Part shown: positions 63,167 through 64,000 of the stretch, piece by piece
How the letters are laid out: each line of letters begins with the position of its first letter
How positions within the stretch are numbered: position 1 is the stretch's first letter
From: Candidatus Dormibacteria bacterium
GTDB taxonomy: Bacteria; Chloroflexota; Dormibacteria; DASZGP01
Length of the DNA stretch: 64,000 bases
Assembly: GCA_050998755.1 (NCBI GenBank)
Contig: JBPCPW010000095.1
Coordinates: 8,546 to 72,545 of the forward strand
Direction: 5' to 3'
Position numbers and translations under genes: made by a program
The notes under the pieces: generated by a model
The model's database searches: none
Told to the model about the DNA's origin: nothing
Seen by the model: the letters and a program-made list of their open reading frames with translations, nothing else

Positions 63167-63901
63167 TTGAGCGAGGAGATGGCGCCGGCACCCAAATACC
63201 GCCGCATTCTCCTCAAGCTTGGCGGCGAGGCGCTGGTCGGTCCGCAGGGTCACGGCATCGACCCCGACCGGGTTGCCGTCGTCGCGCGCCAGGTCAGCCG
63301 GGTGCGCGAGCACCAGGTCGAGATGGCGGTGGTCATCGGCGGGGGCAACATCTTCCGTGGCGCCAGCGGAGGCGAGAGGGGCATCGACCGCACCCAGGCG
63401 GACTACATGGGGATGCTGGCAACGGTGATCAACGCCCTTGCGCTGCAGGATTCGCTGGAGAAGATTGGCGTCCCCACCCGGGTCCAGTCGGCCATCACGA
63501 TGGCCCAGATCGCGGAGCCCTACATCCGCCGGCGCGCCGTGCGTCACCTGGAGAAGGGTCGGGTGATCATCCTCGCCGCGGGCACCGGAAACCCGTATTT
63601 CACGACCGACACCACGGCTGCTCTCCGGGGTGTCGAGTTGAATGCCGAGGTCATCCTCAAGGCCACCAAGGTCGACGGGATCTACAGCGCCGACCCGCTG
63701 GTGGACCCGGCCGCCGAGCGCTACCGCAGCCTGAGCTACCTCGAGGTTATCAACCGAGGCCTGCAGGTGATGGACTCGACCGCGATCACCATGTGCATGG
63801 ACAACAACCTGCCGATCATCGTTTTCGACCTCTTCCAGGAGGGCAACATCGAGAAGGTCGTCCTCGGAGAGGAGATCGGCACCCTGGTATATGGTCGGTA
63901 G
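63167..63901 (+). CDS. pyrH: UMP kinase
   Basis: [21 protein letters not shown] and [10 protein letters not shown] motifs. Confidence 0.9.
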   Translation: MSEEMAPAPKYRRILLKLGGEALVGPQGHGIDPDRVAVVARQVSRVREHQVEMAVVIGGGNIFRGASGGERGIDRTQADYMGMLATVINALALQDSLEKIGVPTRVQSAITMAQIAEPYIRRRAVRHLEKGRVIILAAGTGNPYFTTDTTAALRGVELNAEVILKATKVDGIYSADPLVDPAAERYRSLSYLEVINRGLQVMDSTAITMCMDNNLPIIVFDLFQEGNIEKVVLGEEIGTLVYGR

Positions 63902-63912
63902 GAGGACCCGGG

Positions 63913-64000
63913 ATGATAGATGACCTTCTGAAGGAAGCCGAGCAGAAGATGAAGAAGTCGCTGGAGACCCTGGACCGCGAGCTGAACACCATCCGTACCG
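63913..64000 (+). CDS. frr: ribosome recycling factor, N-terminal fragment (continues beyond window)
   Basis: MIDDLLKEAEQKMKKSLETLDRELNTIRT matches the Frr N-terminal helix. Conserved tsf-pyrH-frr order. Confidence 0.8.
   Translation, partial: MIDDLLKEAEQKMKKSLETLDRELNTIRT

Overview
This is a high-GC (about 70%) bacterial chromosome segment, almost entirely on the + strand, with Firmicutes/Terrabacteria-like core-gene synteny. In order it carries: the nuoL(partial)-nuoM-nuoN tail of complex I; a class A PBP, a CDP-alcohol phosphatidyltransferase and plsY; a P/V/G-rich repeat protein followed by a GAF-containing sensor kinase; a long (Bacillus-type, about 269 nt) SRP RNA directly upstream of dnaX-ybaB-recR; and a complete rRNA operon (16S, tRNA-Ile, tRNA-Ala, 23S, 5S). 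The 23S gene is about 4.9 kb because it carries four group I introns, two of which encode LAGLIDADG homing endonucleases. Downstream are a CpaE/TadZ-like receiver-ATPase, a GT4 glycosyltransferase, an htrA-response regulator-histidine kinase module, tRNA-Leu, a TPP-enzyme/thioesterase/acetyltransferase trio, rlmN, the riboflavin operon (ribD-ribE-ribBA-ribH), rpmB on the - strand, then yloU(asp23)-yloV-degV-recG-rsmD-coaD, rpmF-fabD-fabG-acpP-rnc-smc-ftsY, ylxM-ffh-rpsP-KH-rimM-trmD-rplS-rnhB-yraN-comM-dprA-topA, and rpsB-tsf-pyrH-frr(partial). Nearly all long minus-strand ORFs in the track are GC-driven antisense artefacts. The most notable content is the multi-intron 23S rRNA gene with two intron families, each present as an ORF-containing and an ORF-less copy. 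I also flag two core genes (recR, rpmB) with no canonical start codon in the expected position, a direct-repeat array upstream of recR, and an SMC homolog with a degenerate hinge.
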